Of a stretch of DNA of 64,000 nt, positions 51,749 through 61,496 are shown in pieces. The stretch comes from Syntrophomonadaceae bacterium (GTDB taxonomy: Bacteria; Bacillota; Dethiobacteria; SKNC01). Each line of letters opens with the position of its first letter. Within the stretch, counting starts at the first letter, position 1. The notes beneath the pieces were generated by a model. It had not been told where the DNA came from. It did no database searches and saw only the letters and a program-made list of their open reading frames with translations. The stretch lies in contig PWHX01000012.1 in the NCBI GenBank assembly GCA_003555415.1, positions 13,053-77,052 on the forward strand. Reading direction: 5' to 3'. The position numbers and the translations under genes are program-made.

Positions 51749-53476
51749 ATGGATAAAAAAAAGAGCGATTCCAATTTTTCTGCCTTGCGGAAGCGGGCGG
51801 AAGAGATCATACAAGGATCCTCTGTAGATGTGCCGGATAACCTTTCACCGGAAGATGCTCGAAGTTTAATCCACGAGCTGAGGGTATATCAAGAAGAGTT
51901 GGAAATACAAAATGAACAGCTTCGCCAGGCTCAATTGGATCTGGAAAAAGCAAGGGCGCGATATTTTGACCTGTATGAGCTGGCTCCAGTTGGATATTTA
52001 ATGCTTGATGAACAGGGTATAATTCTAGAGGTTAACCTAACGGCTACATCCCTTTTAGGACTGGAAAAAGACCAGATAGTCAAGCAACCGCTGAACCGCT
52101 TTATTGCCAGTGATACTCAAGACACCTTTTATCTTAATTTTAAAAAAGTTCTTAAAACAGGCGCCAAGAAGGTTTATGAAATGAAAATGATTAATAAAAA
52201 TGGCTGCTGGTTTTGGGTTCAAGTTGAGATGACAGCAGCGCTAAAGTATGAAAGCCAGGACAACACTTATCGTGTAGTGATAAGTGATATTACCGAGCGC
52301 AAGAAGGCGGAGGAAATTATAAAATCTAATTATGAATTTAAGCGAAGAGCAGACAAGCTGGAATCCTTAAGCATATTGGCCAGCGGCATTGCCCATGATT
52401 TTAATAATTACCTGGCCACGCTTCAGGGCAATATTTCTCTGGCTAGGATTTATAAAGATAAACCGGATAAAGTTGAAGGCAAGTTGAAAAATATGGAAAG
52501 TGTGATTGATCGAACTACAGATTTAACCCAGCAGTTATTCCTTTTTGCTACAGGTGGGACAACGGACAAAAAAAAGGTATATATAAAAAAGTTAATAAAT
52601 GACAGCGTTCATTTTGCTTTAAGTGGTTCTAACGTTTGCTGTCATTTATCTTTACCTGATAGTCTCTATGCCGTTGAAATTGACGAAGGACAAATAACGC
52701 AGGTTATGTACAACATTATTATTAATGCAGCGCAGGCTATGTCTGAAGGGGGAGCAATCCATGTAAGCGCTGAAAACTTCATAATTGAAACACCAGAAAA
52801 CGAAAACCTTATTTCTTTACCTGAAGGAAAATATGTAAAGATATCTATAGCAGATGAGGGTCCTGGTATACCGGAAAAATTCTTACAAAAAATATATGAT
52901 CCCTTTTTTACTAGTAAAGTTGAAGGGAGCGGTCTGGGCCTTTCTACTTCGTACTCTATTATCAAAAACCATAACGGTTACATTCAGGTAGAAACTGAAG
53001 AAGGTAAAGGAACCATATTTAATATATTTCTTCCTGCTTTTACGCAAATAGATGTGGCTAACACTGAAGAAAAAGATATCATTTATGGCTCAGGAAAGAT
53101 TTTAATAATGGATGATGATAAAGAAGTCAGGTCTTTTATGGGGGAAGTGTTAACTACCCTGGGATACGAAGTGCTTTATGCCTGTGAAGGAATTGAGGTT
53201 TTAGAAATGTACATGAACTCTAAAAAATACGACCAACCAATTGATCTTGTAGTAATGGACTTAACCATTTCCAATGGGATGGGTGCTAAGAATACTATTA
53301 ACAAGCTGTTTAAAAAGGATCCTGAGGCAAAAGCTATTGTTTCCAGCGGCTACGCAAACGACCCGGTGTTGAATAATTTCAGAGAATATGGATTTAAAGG
53401 TGCCATTAAAAAACCTTATAACATAAAAGAGTTGTCTGAAGTCATCTATGGAGCATTAAAGGATATAGACCACTAA
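51749..53476 (+). CDS. Cytoplasmic PAS hybrid histidine kinase with receiver domain
   Basis: GIAHDFNN H-box, NAAQAM, DEGPGI, PFFT, GSGLGL; REC IMDDD, VMDLT, KKPY; no TM helix. Confidence 0.93.
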   Translation: MDKKKSDSNFSALRKRAEEIIQGSSVDVPDNLSPEDARSLIHELRVYQEELEIQNEQLRQAQLDLEKARARYFDLYELAPVGYLMLDEQGIILEVNLTATSLLGLEKDQIVKQPLNRFIASDTQDTFYLNFKKVLKTGAKKVYEMKMINKNGCWFWVQVEMTAALKYESQDNTYRVVISDITERKKAEEIIKSNYEFKRRADKLESLSILASGIAHDFNNYLATLQGNISLARIYKDKPDKVEGKLKNMESVIDRTTDLTQQLFLFATGGTTDKKKVYIKKLINDSVHFALSGSNVCCHLSLPDSLYAVEIDEGQITQVMYNIIINAAQAMSEGGAIHVSAENFIIETPENENLISLPEGKYVKISIADEGPGIPEKFLQKIYDPFFTSKVEGSGLGLSTSYSIIKNHNGYIQVETEEGKGTIFNIFLPAFTQIDVANTEEKDIIYGSGKILIMDDDKEVRSFMGEVLTTLGYEVLYACEGIEVLEMYMNSKKYDQPIDLVVMDLTISNGMGAKNTINKLFKKDPEAKAIVSSGYANDPVLNNFREYGFKGAIKKPYNIKELSEVIYGALKDIDH

Positions 53477-53498
53477 CAACAGCATAAATTTAATATTA

Positions 53499-53577
53499 TA
53501 GGAGGGTGTATAGGCTCCTGACTGTACTGAATGAGTAAAAGGAACGTACAGTTTAGTGGGTTTGTACGCTTTTTTTA
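53499..53577 (+). ncRNA. Candidate cis-regulatory RNA (two hairpins, second overlapping a terminator)
   Basis: P1 TAGGAG/CTCCTG; P2 ACTGTAC/GTACAGT; alternative CGTACAG/TTGTACG plus T-run. Confidence 0.4.
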
Positions 53578-53645
53578 ATTCTAAAAAGCAACTAAGTTAT
53601 ATATTAATAATAAGGAGTCTTAGCTTCTTATAGGGGGAAAATTAT

Positions 53646-54599
53646 TTGGCCTTAGTTAACTGGCTGGTTCTGGTGGGCGGGGTAAGTGCTTTAATTTCAG
53701 GGCTACATATGATGAGCAGTGGTTTAAAGCTTACAGCTGCTTCTAAACTAAAAAAATATTTGAATATATTAACAAATAACCCCCTGCTGGGGGCTTTAAC
53801 CGGAGCTGTGGTTACCATGATATTGCAGAGCAGCAGTATTACTACAATAATGGTAGTGGGGCTGGTTAATACTGGGTTAATTAATTTTACCCAGGGTATA
53901 AGCATTATAATCGGAGCTAATATAGGAACCACCATAACAGCACAGATTTTAGCCTTTCAGTTGACTGATTGGGCTCTGCCTATTACAGCCGTCGGTTTAG
54001 TTTTTTTACTGCTGGGTAGATTCAGGAGCCCGTATCTCTGGGGATTGGGGAAAAGCCTTTTAGGAGCAGGTTTATTATTTTTAGGATTATATATGATGAC
54101 CACAGCCTTAAAACCTCTAAGGGAGTCACCATATATATTAAACCTCCTTTTAGAGGCTGGCGAAGTGCCTTTACAGGGAGTACTTATAGGGGCCCTGTCA
54201 ACATTCCTCTTTCAAAGCAGTGGGGCGGTTATAGGAATAATTATGGCTATGGCCGTTCAGGGCATGGTTTCCTTACCTGTAAGTATAGCTATTATTTTGG
54301 GAGCAGATATGGGGACCTGTATTACTTCTATGATTGCCAGTATAGGAACTGACATTCATGCCCGAAGAACAGCTTTTGCACATTTAATATTTAATATTAT
54401 CGGAGCTACCTGCCTGTTGACTATTTTTAATTATTTTACTAGTATAGTTATGGAAACTTCACCTGTTATTACCAGGCAGATTGCTAATGCTCATACCCTT
54501 TATAATATTTTCAATGCACTGATTATTCTACCTTTTGTAAATATATTTGCCCGCTTCATAGAATATATAATACCGGAAAAGAAAAGCAAAGCAATGTAA
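53646..54599 (+). CDS. Na+/phosphate cotransporter family protein (short form)
   Basis: QSSSITT, GANIGTT, second repeat QSSGA, GADMGT, IANAHT. Confidence 0.9.
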   Translation: MALVNWLVLVGGVSALISGLHMMSSGLKLTAASKLKKYLNILTNNPLLGALTGAVVTMILQSSSITTIMVVGLVNTGLINFTQGISIIIGANIGTTITAQILAFQLTDWALPITAVGLVFLLLGRFRSPYLWGLGKSLLGAGLLFLGLYMMTTALKPLRESPYILNLLLEAGEVPLQGVLIGALSTFLFQSSGAVIGIIMAMAVQGMVSLPVSIAIILGADMGTCITSMIASIGTDIHARRTAFAHLIFNIIGATCLLTIFNYFTSIVMETSPVITRQIANAHTLYNIFNALIILPFVNIFARFIEYIIPEKKSKAM

Positions 54600-54654
54600 A
54601 CAAAATAATTATGTACAGGTAAATAAAGTATTGTATAATAGTAGGGGGAGTATT

Positions 54655-55467
54655 ATGACAACCTGGGAAGCAATATTTCTGGGAATTATCCAGGGATTAA
54701 CTGAATTTCTTCCCGTAAGCAGTTCGGGCCACCTGGTAATATCCCAGTATATTTTAGGGGTTAAGCAGTCTGGAATTACCTTTGAAGTTTTTGTGCACTT
54801 TGGCACTTTGGTTTCTATAATTTGGGTCTTTTATGCTGACATTAAGAAGTTAATCCTGGCTGGTTTAAATATAAATTATGATCCCCTGAGCCGTCGAATG
54901 ATATTTTTATTAATTATGGGGTGTATCCCTACAGCCATAATGGGAATATTCTTTGAGCCATTTTTTGTGGGTCTCTTTGATTCAGTTGTTACCGTAGGTT
55001 TTATGCTTTTAGTTACGGGAAGCCTACTGTGGATAATAAACTGGAAGATCCCAGGGGCAAAGAAGATTGGTGAAATGAAAACACTTGATGCCATAATTGT
55101 GGGTATATTCCAGGGTATGGCAATAATTCCCGGTGTTTCCCGTTCAGGTGCCACTATTTTTGCTGCTCTTTTAAAAGACCTGGACAGGGAAACGGCTATC
55201 CGCTATTCTCTCCTTTTGGCTCTTCCTGCGATTTTGGGAGCTACTCTATTAGAGGCCCGGGAATTAATGGCGGGGACCGGGGAGAACATTAGCCTTGTCC
55301 CTTTAGTTCTGGGTACTATAGCTGCTTTATTTTCAGGCATTCTAGCCATCAAAACTTTTATCAAACTGCTTCAAATGGGTAGGCTCTATTATTTTTCATA
55401 TTACTGTTGGATGGTAGGATCGCTAATTATATTGTGGCAGCTAGTAAAGAAATTTGGCTACTTTTAA
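54655..55467 (+). CDS. uppP: Undecaprenyl-diphosphatase (BacA)
   Basis: QGLTEFLPVSSSGH, PGVSRSG; ATG 54655 after GGGGGAG. Confidence 0.96.
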   Translation: MTTWEAIFLGIIQGLTEFLPVSSSGHLVISQYILGVKQSGITFEVFVHFGTLVSIIWVFYADIKKLILAGLNINYDPLSRRMIFLLIMGCIPTAIMGIFFEPFFVGLFDSVVTVGFMLLVTGSLLWIINWKIPGAKKIGEMKTLDAIIVGIFQGMAIIPGVSRSGATIFAALLKDLDRETAIRYSLLLALPAILGATLLEARELMAGTGENISLVPLVLGTIAALFSGILAIKTFIKLLQMGRLYYFSYYCWMVGSLIILWQLVKKFGYF

Positions 55468-55486
55468 AGGAGTTGTCTCCTTCTTA

Positions 55487-55512
55487 AAGGAATTCCATAG
55501 AAATTGAAGAAT
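55487..55512 (+). promoter_or_regulatory. SigH-like promoter upstream of ftsK/spoIIIE
   Basis: AGGA-17 nt-GAAT. Confidence 0.45.
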
Positions 55513-55535
55513 TACTGATTTTAGAGGTGTTTTAT

Positions 55536-57791
55536 ATGTTTAACATGTTTAATGAACTTAAGGAAGATTTTCGCTTTCAAATAAAAGGGCTTTTGCTGCT
55601 TACCTTAAGTCTATTATGTTTTGCCGGTTTAAGGTTTACGGAGCAGACAGGTACGGTGGGAGGAATGCTGGCTGGCTTTTTATATTTTGTTGCCGGAGAT
55701 TTAGCGTATTTAATTCCTCTGGTGGTCTGTCTGTTAGGTCTTAAATATATAGTACCAGGTAAAATTAATAATATCCGTACCCGTTTCGTCGGGCTGACTA
55801 TTATTTTGCTTTTATTTTTGGTTACTGTTCATCTTAACCTTATGATTGAAGCTCCTCTGGAGGGGCACAGCATATATGAAGCCAGTTACAACCTGGGAAT
55901 ACAAAAACAGGGTGGAGGAATAACAGGTGCTCTTCTTTCCATATTATTGTTTTTCTTTTTCGGGGAAATAGGAAGCTATATTGTAGTAGGTGCCATGGCT
56001 GTAGTTGCCTTTTTATTAATTATAAATATTTCCCTTACCCAGCTTTTTGATATTTTCAAAAAAGCTTTTTCCCGGGTTTCTCCCAAGGTCAAACCTTTTT
56101 TCCATGAACTATATCATATTCTATTTACTGAAGAAGAGGAGGAAGCGTTCGTAGGGGAAGATGAAAAAGTGTTGGCCTTACCCAAAACTTCACCTTCAGA
56201 AAACTTATCACAAGAGGATAACGTTATGGAGGAAAAAGAAAAGGATGAACCTGTCCCCGTTACTGTTAATGATAATGATAAGGAGAAGGATAATTTAGAA
56301 AAGAAAGAATCACAACCTAACCCCAGCTCTCTTACCCTGGTAGTTAATAATGAAGAAATAATGGGTTATAATCTTCCTCCCGCCTCGCTTTTGCCTCAGA
56401 GAAAGCAGTTAAAAGATACCCAGCAGAAAAAGGCTGCCCTGGAAAGGGCTAAGGATTTAGAAAATACTCTTAAAAACTTTGGGGTGAAAATAAATAACAT
56501 CCAGGTACACATAGGGCCTACAGTTACCAGGTATGAGCTACAACCGGCCAAAGGTGTTAAAGTTAGCCGTATAGTGAGTTTGGCAGACGATCTGGCTCTC
56601 AGCATGGCTGCTCCTGGAGTGAGGATAGAGGCTCCTATTCCCGGAAAAGCAGCGGTAGGAATAGAAGTGCCCAATAAAATTATATCCCCTGTATACCTTA
56701 GAAGTGTTTTAGAGGATACTGATTTCAAAGAATCTAAGTCCCTTCTTTCTATAGCGCTGGGAAAAGACATCTATGGAGAAGCTGTCATAGCGGACCTGGC
56801 CAAAATGCCCCACATTCTTATTGCCGGAGCTACAGGTTCAGGAAAAAGTGTCTGCCTTAATGCTCTTATTGTAAGTATACTTTATAAAGCCAGGCCTGAT
56901 GAAATAAAGTTTTTATTGATAGATCCCAAGTATGTAGAGCTTAACTCCTATAACGGTATTCCTCATCTTTTAGCGCCGGTTATTTCCGATAAGAAAAAAG
57001 CTTCTGCTGCCCTTAAAAAAATGGTAAAGGAAATGGAAGAAAGATACGAGATATTTGCCCGGGAAGGAGTCAGAGATATAGAAAGTTACAACAACTTTAT
57101 GAGAAATGAAAAAAATGAATTAGGAAAAGTCCTGCCATATATAGTAGTTGTTATAGATGAGCTAGCTGATATAATGCTGGTATCCCCCCATGAAGTTGAG
57201 GATGCAATTGCTCGTCTGGCTCAGATGGCTAGAGCTGCAGGGATTCACCTGGTTATAGCTACACAGCGTCCTTCAGTCAATGTTATAACGGGAGTTATAA
57301 AAGCTAATATTACCACACGTATAGCTTTTGCTGTTTCATCTAATGCTGATTCCAGGGTCATCCTGGATATAGGAGGGGCAGAAAAGCTTATAGGTCAGGG
57401 GGACATGCTTTACCATCCTGTAGGAGTACAAAAACCCAGGAGAATACAAGGGGCTTTTATTTCTGAACAGGATGTAAATAAAATCGTTGATTATATTAAG
57501 AAACAGGGAGTTATGCAGCAAGAACAAAAAATTATTCCAGAATCTGATGAAGAGGCAGGAGAACCAAAAGAAGTTGACGAATTCTTTTCTGAAGCAGTAA
57601 AGGAAGTAGTAAATTCTGGTCAGGCATCTATTTCATTTTTGCAGCGCAAGTTTCATATAGGCCACGTAAGGGCCGGCAGGCTAATTGATGAAATGGAAAG
57701 AATGGGTATCGTTAGTGGTTATGAAGGAAGTAAGGCCCGCAAAGTTTTAATATCTTCTGAGCAGTTGAACCAATACTTAGATAATGAGTAG
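55536..57791 (+). CDS. ftsK: DNA translocase FtsK/SpoIIIE
   Basis: N-terminal TM helices, [21 protein letters not shown], gamma domain; ATG 55536 after GAGGTG. Confidence 0.96.
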   Translation: MFNMFNELKEDFRFQIKGLLLLTLSLLCFAGLRFTEQTGTVGGMLAGFLYFVAGDLAYLIPLVVCLLGLKYIVPGKINNIRTRFVGLTIILLLFLVTVHLNLMIEAPLEGHSIYEASYNLGIQKQGGGITGALLSILLFFFFGEIGSYIVVGAMAVVAFLLIINISLTQLFDIFKKAFSRVSPKVKPFFHELYHILFTEEEEEAFVGEDEKVLALPKTSPSENLSQEDNVMEEKEKDEPVPVTVNDNDKEKDNLEKKESQPNPSSLTLVVNNEEIMGYNLPPASLLPQRKQLKDTQQKKAALERAKDLENTLKNFGVKINNIQVHIGPTVTRYELQPAKGVKVSRIVSLADDLALSMAAPGVRIEAPIPGKAAVGIEVPNKIISPVYLRSVLEDTDFKESKSLLSIALGKDIYGEAVIADLAKMPHILIAGATGSGKSVCLNALIVSILYKARPDEIKFLLIDPKYVELNSYNGIPHLLAPVISDKKKASAALKKMVKEMEERYEIFAREGVRDIESYNNFMRNEKNELGKVLPYIVVVIDELADIMLVSPHEVEDAIARLAQMARAAGIHLVIATQRPSVNVITGVIKANITTRIAFAVSSNADSRVILDIGGAEKLIGQGDMLYHPVGVQKPRRIQGAFISEQDVNKIVDYIKKQGVMQQEQKIIPESDEEAGEPKEVDEFFSEAVKEVVNSGQASISFLQRKFHIGHVRAGRLIDEMERMGIVSGYEGSKARKVLISSEQLNQYLDNE

Positions 57792-57814
57792 CTCCCTGGA
57801 TGGAGGTGTATATT

Positions 57815-58675
57815 GTGAAAGAACTTGGAGATATTCTACGCAGCACAAGAGAAGAAAAAGGCATGACCCATGAAGAAATATTTGACCTAACAAAGATTCA
57901 GCCACGATTCCTCCAGGCCCTGGAAGAGGAAAATTTTGATATATTTCCAGGGGAAATTTATGCTAAAGGTTCCTTAAAAAATTATGCCCAGGTGTTAGGG
58001 TTAGACGAAGAAATGATTTTAGAAAAATATAAAGATATAAAAGAACGGGAGGGGCCTGTGCATACAGAGGAAAAGGAAAATGAAATTAAGCCTCTTTACA
58101 CAAAAAGAGATGGCATATGGAGAAATATGGTTATAGGAATTATAGTGGTGTTGGTTCTTTTTGGCGGGATAAAGGGATATCAGGAATTTTTTGCTTTTGA
58201 GAATAACCAGGAAATTAATGATCCTAATGGTCAGGAGGAGGAAATTCCTTCTAATAACTCTGAAGAAGATATTAGTAATAATGAGCTTTTTCCTGATAAC
58301 GATAGGGCAAGGGAAGATGAAGAAGATAAAAAGACCCCGGAACCAGAACTGCACCTGGTGGAAGAATCTCATAACCATGAAACATATGAGCTTTATAATG
58401 CTGAAATAATAGACCTGGAATTGGAATTTACCGGTGACTGCTGGATAAGAATGGAAGCAGATGATGATGATAGAGATGAAGCAACTTATAGAGATATGGA
58501 TACAGTTAACCGGGAAGCCGAAAGTAAAGTTTTGGTACGGTTTGGTAACCCTCCGGCAGCAAAGATTAAGGTCAATGGAATGGAAATTAACATTGCTGAA
58601 AGAACCAGCAGGGTAGACATAGAGATTGAGCTTATAGAGGAAAATGATATTGAAAACAACGATTCTGACATATAG
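57815..58675 (+). CDS. rodZ: RodZ/YmfM-like HTH membrane protein (DUF4115)
   Basis: LGDILRSTREEKG, LQALEE, YAQVLGL, one TM, CWIRM, FGNP; GTG 57815 after GGAGGTG. Confidence 0.82.
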   Translation: MKELGDILRSTREEKGMTHEEIFDLTKIQPRFLQALEEENFDIFPGEIYAKGSLKNYAQVLGLDEEMILEKYKDIKEREGPVHTEEKENEIKPLYTKRDGIWRNMVIGIIVVLVLFGGIKGYQEFFAFENNQEINDPNGQEEEIPSNNSEEDISNNELFPDNDRAREDEEDKKTPEPELHLVEESHNHETYELYNAEIIDLELEFTGDCWIRMEADDDDRDEATYRDMDTVNREAESKVLVRFGNPPAAKIKVNGMEINIAERTSRVDIEIELIEENDIENNDSDI

Positions 58676-58703
58676 TTTACAATTTTATAATATTAAAATA
58701 TTT

Positions 58704-58757
58704 ACTCCATCTATGATGGGAGTTTTTTTTGACAAGGTATTATACTTATACTATACT
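58704..58757 (+). promoter_or_regulatory. Terminator overlapping SigA promoter of rimO-pgsA
   Basis: ACTCCATC/GATGGGAGT plus T-run whose end forms TTGACA (58729)-17 nt-TATACT (58752). Confidence 0.7.
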
Positions 58758-58815
58758 AAGGTGAATATATGTAGACTTGTAGAGAAAAGGAAGCAATTGC
58801 AGGAGGACATGAGAG

Positions 58816-60153
58816 ATGCCAGGTGAAAAGCTGGGAGTTATTTCCCTGGGTTGTGCAAAAAACCTTGTAGATACTGAAGTTATGTTGGGACTGATTACGG
58901 AGGCAGGTTTTGAGGTTACCAATAATGCTCAAGAAGCCCAGGTTTTAATAATTAATACATGCGGTTTCATTAATGACGCAAAGGAAGAATCCATTAATAC
59001 CATTTTAGAAATGGCAGAATATAAAAATAAGGGAAATTGTAAGGTGCTTTTGGCAACGGGATGTCTTACACAAAGATATCGGGAAGAATTAATGAAGGAG
59101 ATACCAGAATTAGATGGAATCATCGGCACGGGCGATTACAATAAAATAGCTACAGTTATTGAGGATGCCTTAAAAGGTACTAAAATTGCCAGTTTTGATA
59201 ACTGTGGTTTTCTATACGATCATACTTATCCCAGATTATTGAGCGGACCTTCCCACAGGGCATATGTAAAAATAGCTGAAGGATGTAACCATAAATGTGC
59301 TTTTTGTGTTATACCTGACTTAAGAGGAAGATATCAGAGCAGGAGTCCGGAATCGGTAATTAAAGAAGTAGAAGGCCTTGCCAACCGGGGAGTTAAGGAA
59401 ATAAATCTTATAGCCCAGGATTCTACAAGTTATGGTAAGGATCTTAAAGATAGCTCTGTAAATCTAGCAAGGCTATTAAAACAACTGGTAAATAAAGAAA
59501 GCGTTGAATGGTTGAGAGTCCTGTACGGATATCCTACAGGTGTTACGGAGGACTTAATTGAAGTTATAGCTAATGAAAACAAAATTTGTAAATATCTTGA
59601 TATTCCCCTACAACATGCCCATCCAGAAATATTAAAGAAGATGGGCAGGTTTTTACCTCCAGAGGATGCAAAACAATTAATAACAAAAATAAGAAAGAAT
59701 ATCCCTGGAGTTATTTTAAGGAGCACATTCATGGTTGGTTTTCCTGGGGAAAAGGATCATCATTTTGACGAACTTTATCAGTTTATGCAGGAAATTCAAT
59801 TTGAACGGGCAGGAGTTTTTGTTTATTCCCGAGAAGAAAGTACCAAGGCTGCAAAACTTAAGGAACAGGTTAAAAACAATGTGAAGGTTGAAAGGTTCCA
59901 CCGCCTCATGAAACTTCAAAAAAAGATATCTGAACAAAAGAACAAGGATTATTTAGGTAGTATTCAGCAGGTATTGGTGGAGGGGCAGGTAAGGGATTCC
60001 CATGATTTATATTTCGGTCGTTTTTGGGGTCAGGCACCGGAGGTGGATGGGTTGGTTTATTTTACAAGTAACCGCCATGTATCCTCTGGAGACTTGGTTA
60101 AGGCCAAGATTACAGGTACCTACACTTATGATCTTAAGGGAGAGGTAATTTAA
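58816..60153 (+). CDS. rimO: Ribosomal protein S12 methylthiotransferase
   Basis: SLGCAKNLVD, NTCGFI, EGCNHKCAFC, TRAM with APEVDG. Confidence 0.96.
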   Translation: MPGEKLGVISLGCAKNLVDTEVMLGLITEAGFEVTNNAQEAQVLIINTCGFINDAKEESINTILEMAEYKNKGNCKVLLATGCLTQRYREELMKEIPELDGIIGTGDYNKIATVIEDALKGTKIASFDNCGFLYDHTYPRLLSGPSHRAYVKIAEGCNHKCAFCVIPDLRGRYQSRSPESVIKEVEGLANRGVKEINLIAQDSTSYGKDLKDSSVNLARLLKQLVNKESVEWLRVLYGYPTGVTEDLIEVIANENKICKYLDIPLQHAHPEILKKMGRFLPPEDAKQLITKIRKNIPGVILRSTFMVGFPGEKDHHFDELYQFMQEIQFERAGVFVYSREESTKAAKLKEQVKNNVKVERFHRLMKLQKKISEQKNKDYLGSIQQVLVEGQVRDSHDLYFGRFWGQAPEVDGLVYFTSNRHVSSGDLVKAKITGTYTYDLKGEVI

Positions 60154-60746
60154 TGAACTTGGCAAATAAGCTGACTTTAGTCAGAATATTTTTGATACCA
60201 GTATTTATGGTGTTTCTCCTGGTTAAGTTTTTTCCGTATGGCGGCAAATTTATTGCTGCAGGTGTTTTCACACTGGCGGCCTTGACGGATGGCCTGGATG
60301 GGTATATTGCCCGGAAGAACAACCAGGTGACTAGGGTTGGAAAGTTTTTAGACCCCTTGGCGGACAAGCTTTTAATCAGTGCAGCTTTGATATCCCTGGT
60401 TGGTTTGGGAAAACTGCACGCCGGTATAGCTTTTATAATAATTGCCAGGGAATTTATAATTACAGGTTTAAGGGTAATGGTTGCCGGGGAGAGAAAAATT
60501 CTTGTTGCCAGCAAACTGGGCAAGGCCAAGACAATTTTTCAAATAGTGGCCGTTTTATATATAATTATAATATCTGACTTAGAAAACCTTTCTGCTATTT
60601 TACCTCCATTATCTGACTTTCTTCAAAAGTTCCCATATTTATATTTGAACTGGTTTTTATTGTTTTTGGCTGTTCTATTTACTGTATGGTCCGGAGTTGA
60701 CTACATGTACAAGAATAAGTGGGTCTTTAAGATGGGAAAAGAATAA
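60153..60746 (+). CDS. pgsA: CDP-diacylglycerol--glycerol-3-phosphate 3-phosphatidyltransferase
   Basis: NLANKLT, TDGLDGYIAR, GKFLDPLADK. Confidence 0.96.
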   Translation: MNLANKLTLVRIFLIPVFMVFLLVKFFPYGGKFIAAGVFTLAALTDGLDGYIARKNNQVTRVGKFLDPLADKLLISAALISLVGLGKLHAGIAFIIIAREFIITGLRVMVAGERKILVASKLGKAKTIFQIVAVLYIIIISDLENLSAILPPLSDFLQKFPYLYLNWFLLFLAVLFTVWSGVDYMYKNKWVFKMGKE

Positions 60747-60938
60747 AATACTATAAAACTTCAGATATATTACAGAGAGGCGTGGGGATAACATTTCCAC
60801 GCTTAATTATGTAAGCGATGCTATGGTTATTATTACTATTGCTACAGCAAAATTCCCTGTGTTATAATGATTATGTAAACAAACGCCGGCAAAGTAAAAC
60901 TCTATTATACTTTTGATTTTTGTTGGGAGAGGTTTGTA

Positions 60939-61496
60939 ATGTTTTTTAAACAAATTAAATGGGTTGCTGTAATAGTTTCTTTTATTTTTATTTTAGGAAT
61001 ATTCTACGGATTTCAACATTACCAGGATAAACAGACAGCGGATGAACTTTTATATCAACTACTAAATGAAATAGAAGAAATTGAAGACGTAGAAATAAAA
61101 GAAAAACCTGAATCACTGCACATTGTGTTGGAACTGGCGTATGTTAATAATTTATATAATACAGAAAACGAGATTAGTAAAAAAGTAGTAAGGTATTTAG
61201 GAGACAGGGAATTTAAAATAATATTCGAAGATAAGAGGGACGAAGACTTAGATAAGATATTTTATAGAGTTCATTATTCTCTTCAGGAAGCAGCGGTAAA
61301 GGGGAATTTCATGGAAATGTCGGTAAAAGTAGAAGATATAATGGACGAGCATGCAGTTGATGATTTTCGTATAATTGTTGGAGAGAAGAGCCTTTATTTT
61401 CAGCTTTTAAAAGATGATAATTATCTTTACGAGGTAGTACCGCGTTCCCCCATGGATATAGAAAAATTATTAAGGGAGCGTGATAGCTTTGATTAA
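60939..61496 (+). CDS. Hypothetical membrane-anchored protein
   Basis: One N-terminal TM helix, acidic body, 3' end overlaps start of next gene. Confidence 0.8.
   Translation: MFFKQIKWVAVIVSFIFILGIFYGFQHYQDKQTADELLYQLLNEIEEIEDVEIKEKPESLHIVLELAYVNNLYNTENEISKKVVRYLGDREFKIIFEDKRDEDLDKIFYRVHYSLQEAAVKGNFMEMSVKVEDIMDEHAVDDFRIIVGEKSLYFQLLKDDNYLYEVVPRSPMDIEKLLRERDSFD

Noticed and set aside
53527..53545. CTGAATGAG resembling a hammerhead ribozyme core
   Set aside because: Does not match CUGANGA spacing and lacks stem II and GAAA
48630..53645. CheBR-kinase block as a bounded mobile element
   Set aside because: No transposase, integrase, terminal inverted repeats or target duplication seen; only synteny suggests insertion
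58741..58757. Short tandem TATACT repeats
   Set aside because: Explained as spacer and -10 box of the rimO promoter; too short for an array
60854..60881. TTATGTAAAC resembling the XerD arm of a Bacillus dif site
   Set aside because: No matching XerC arm at the required 6-bp spacing; overlaps a likely promoter
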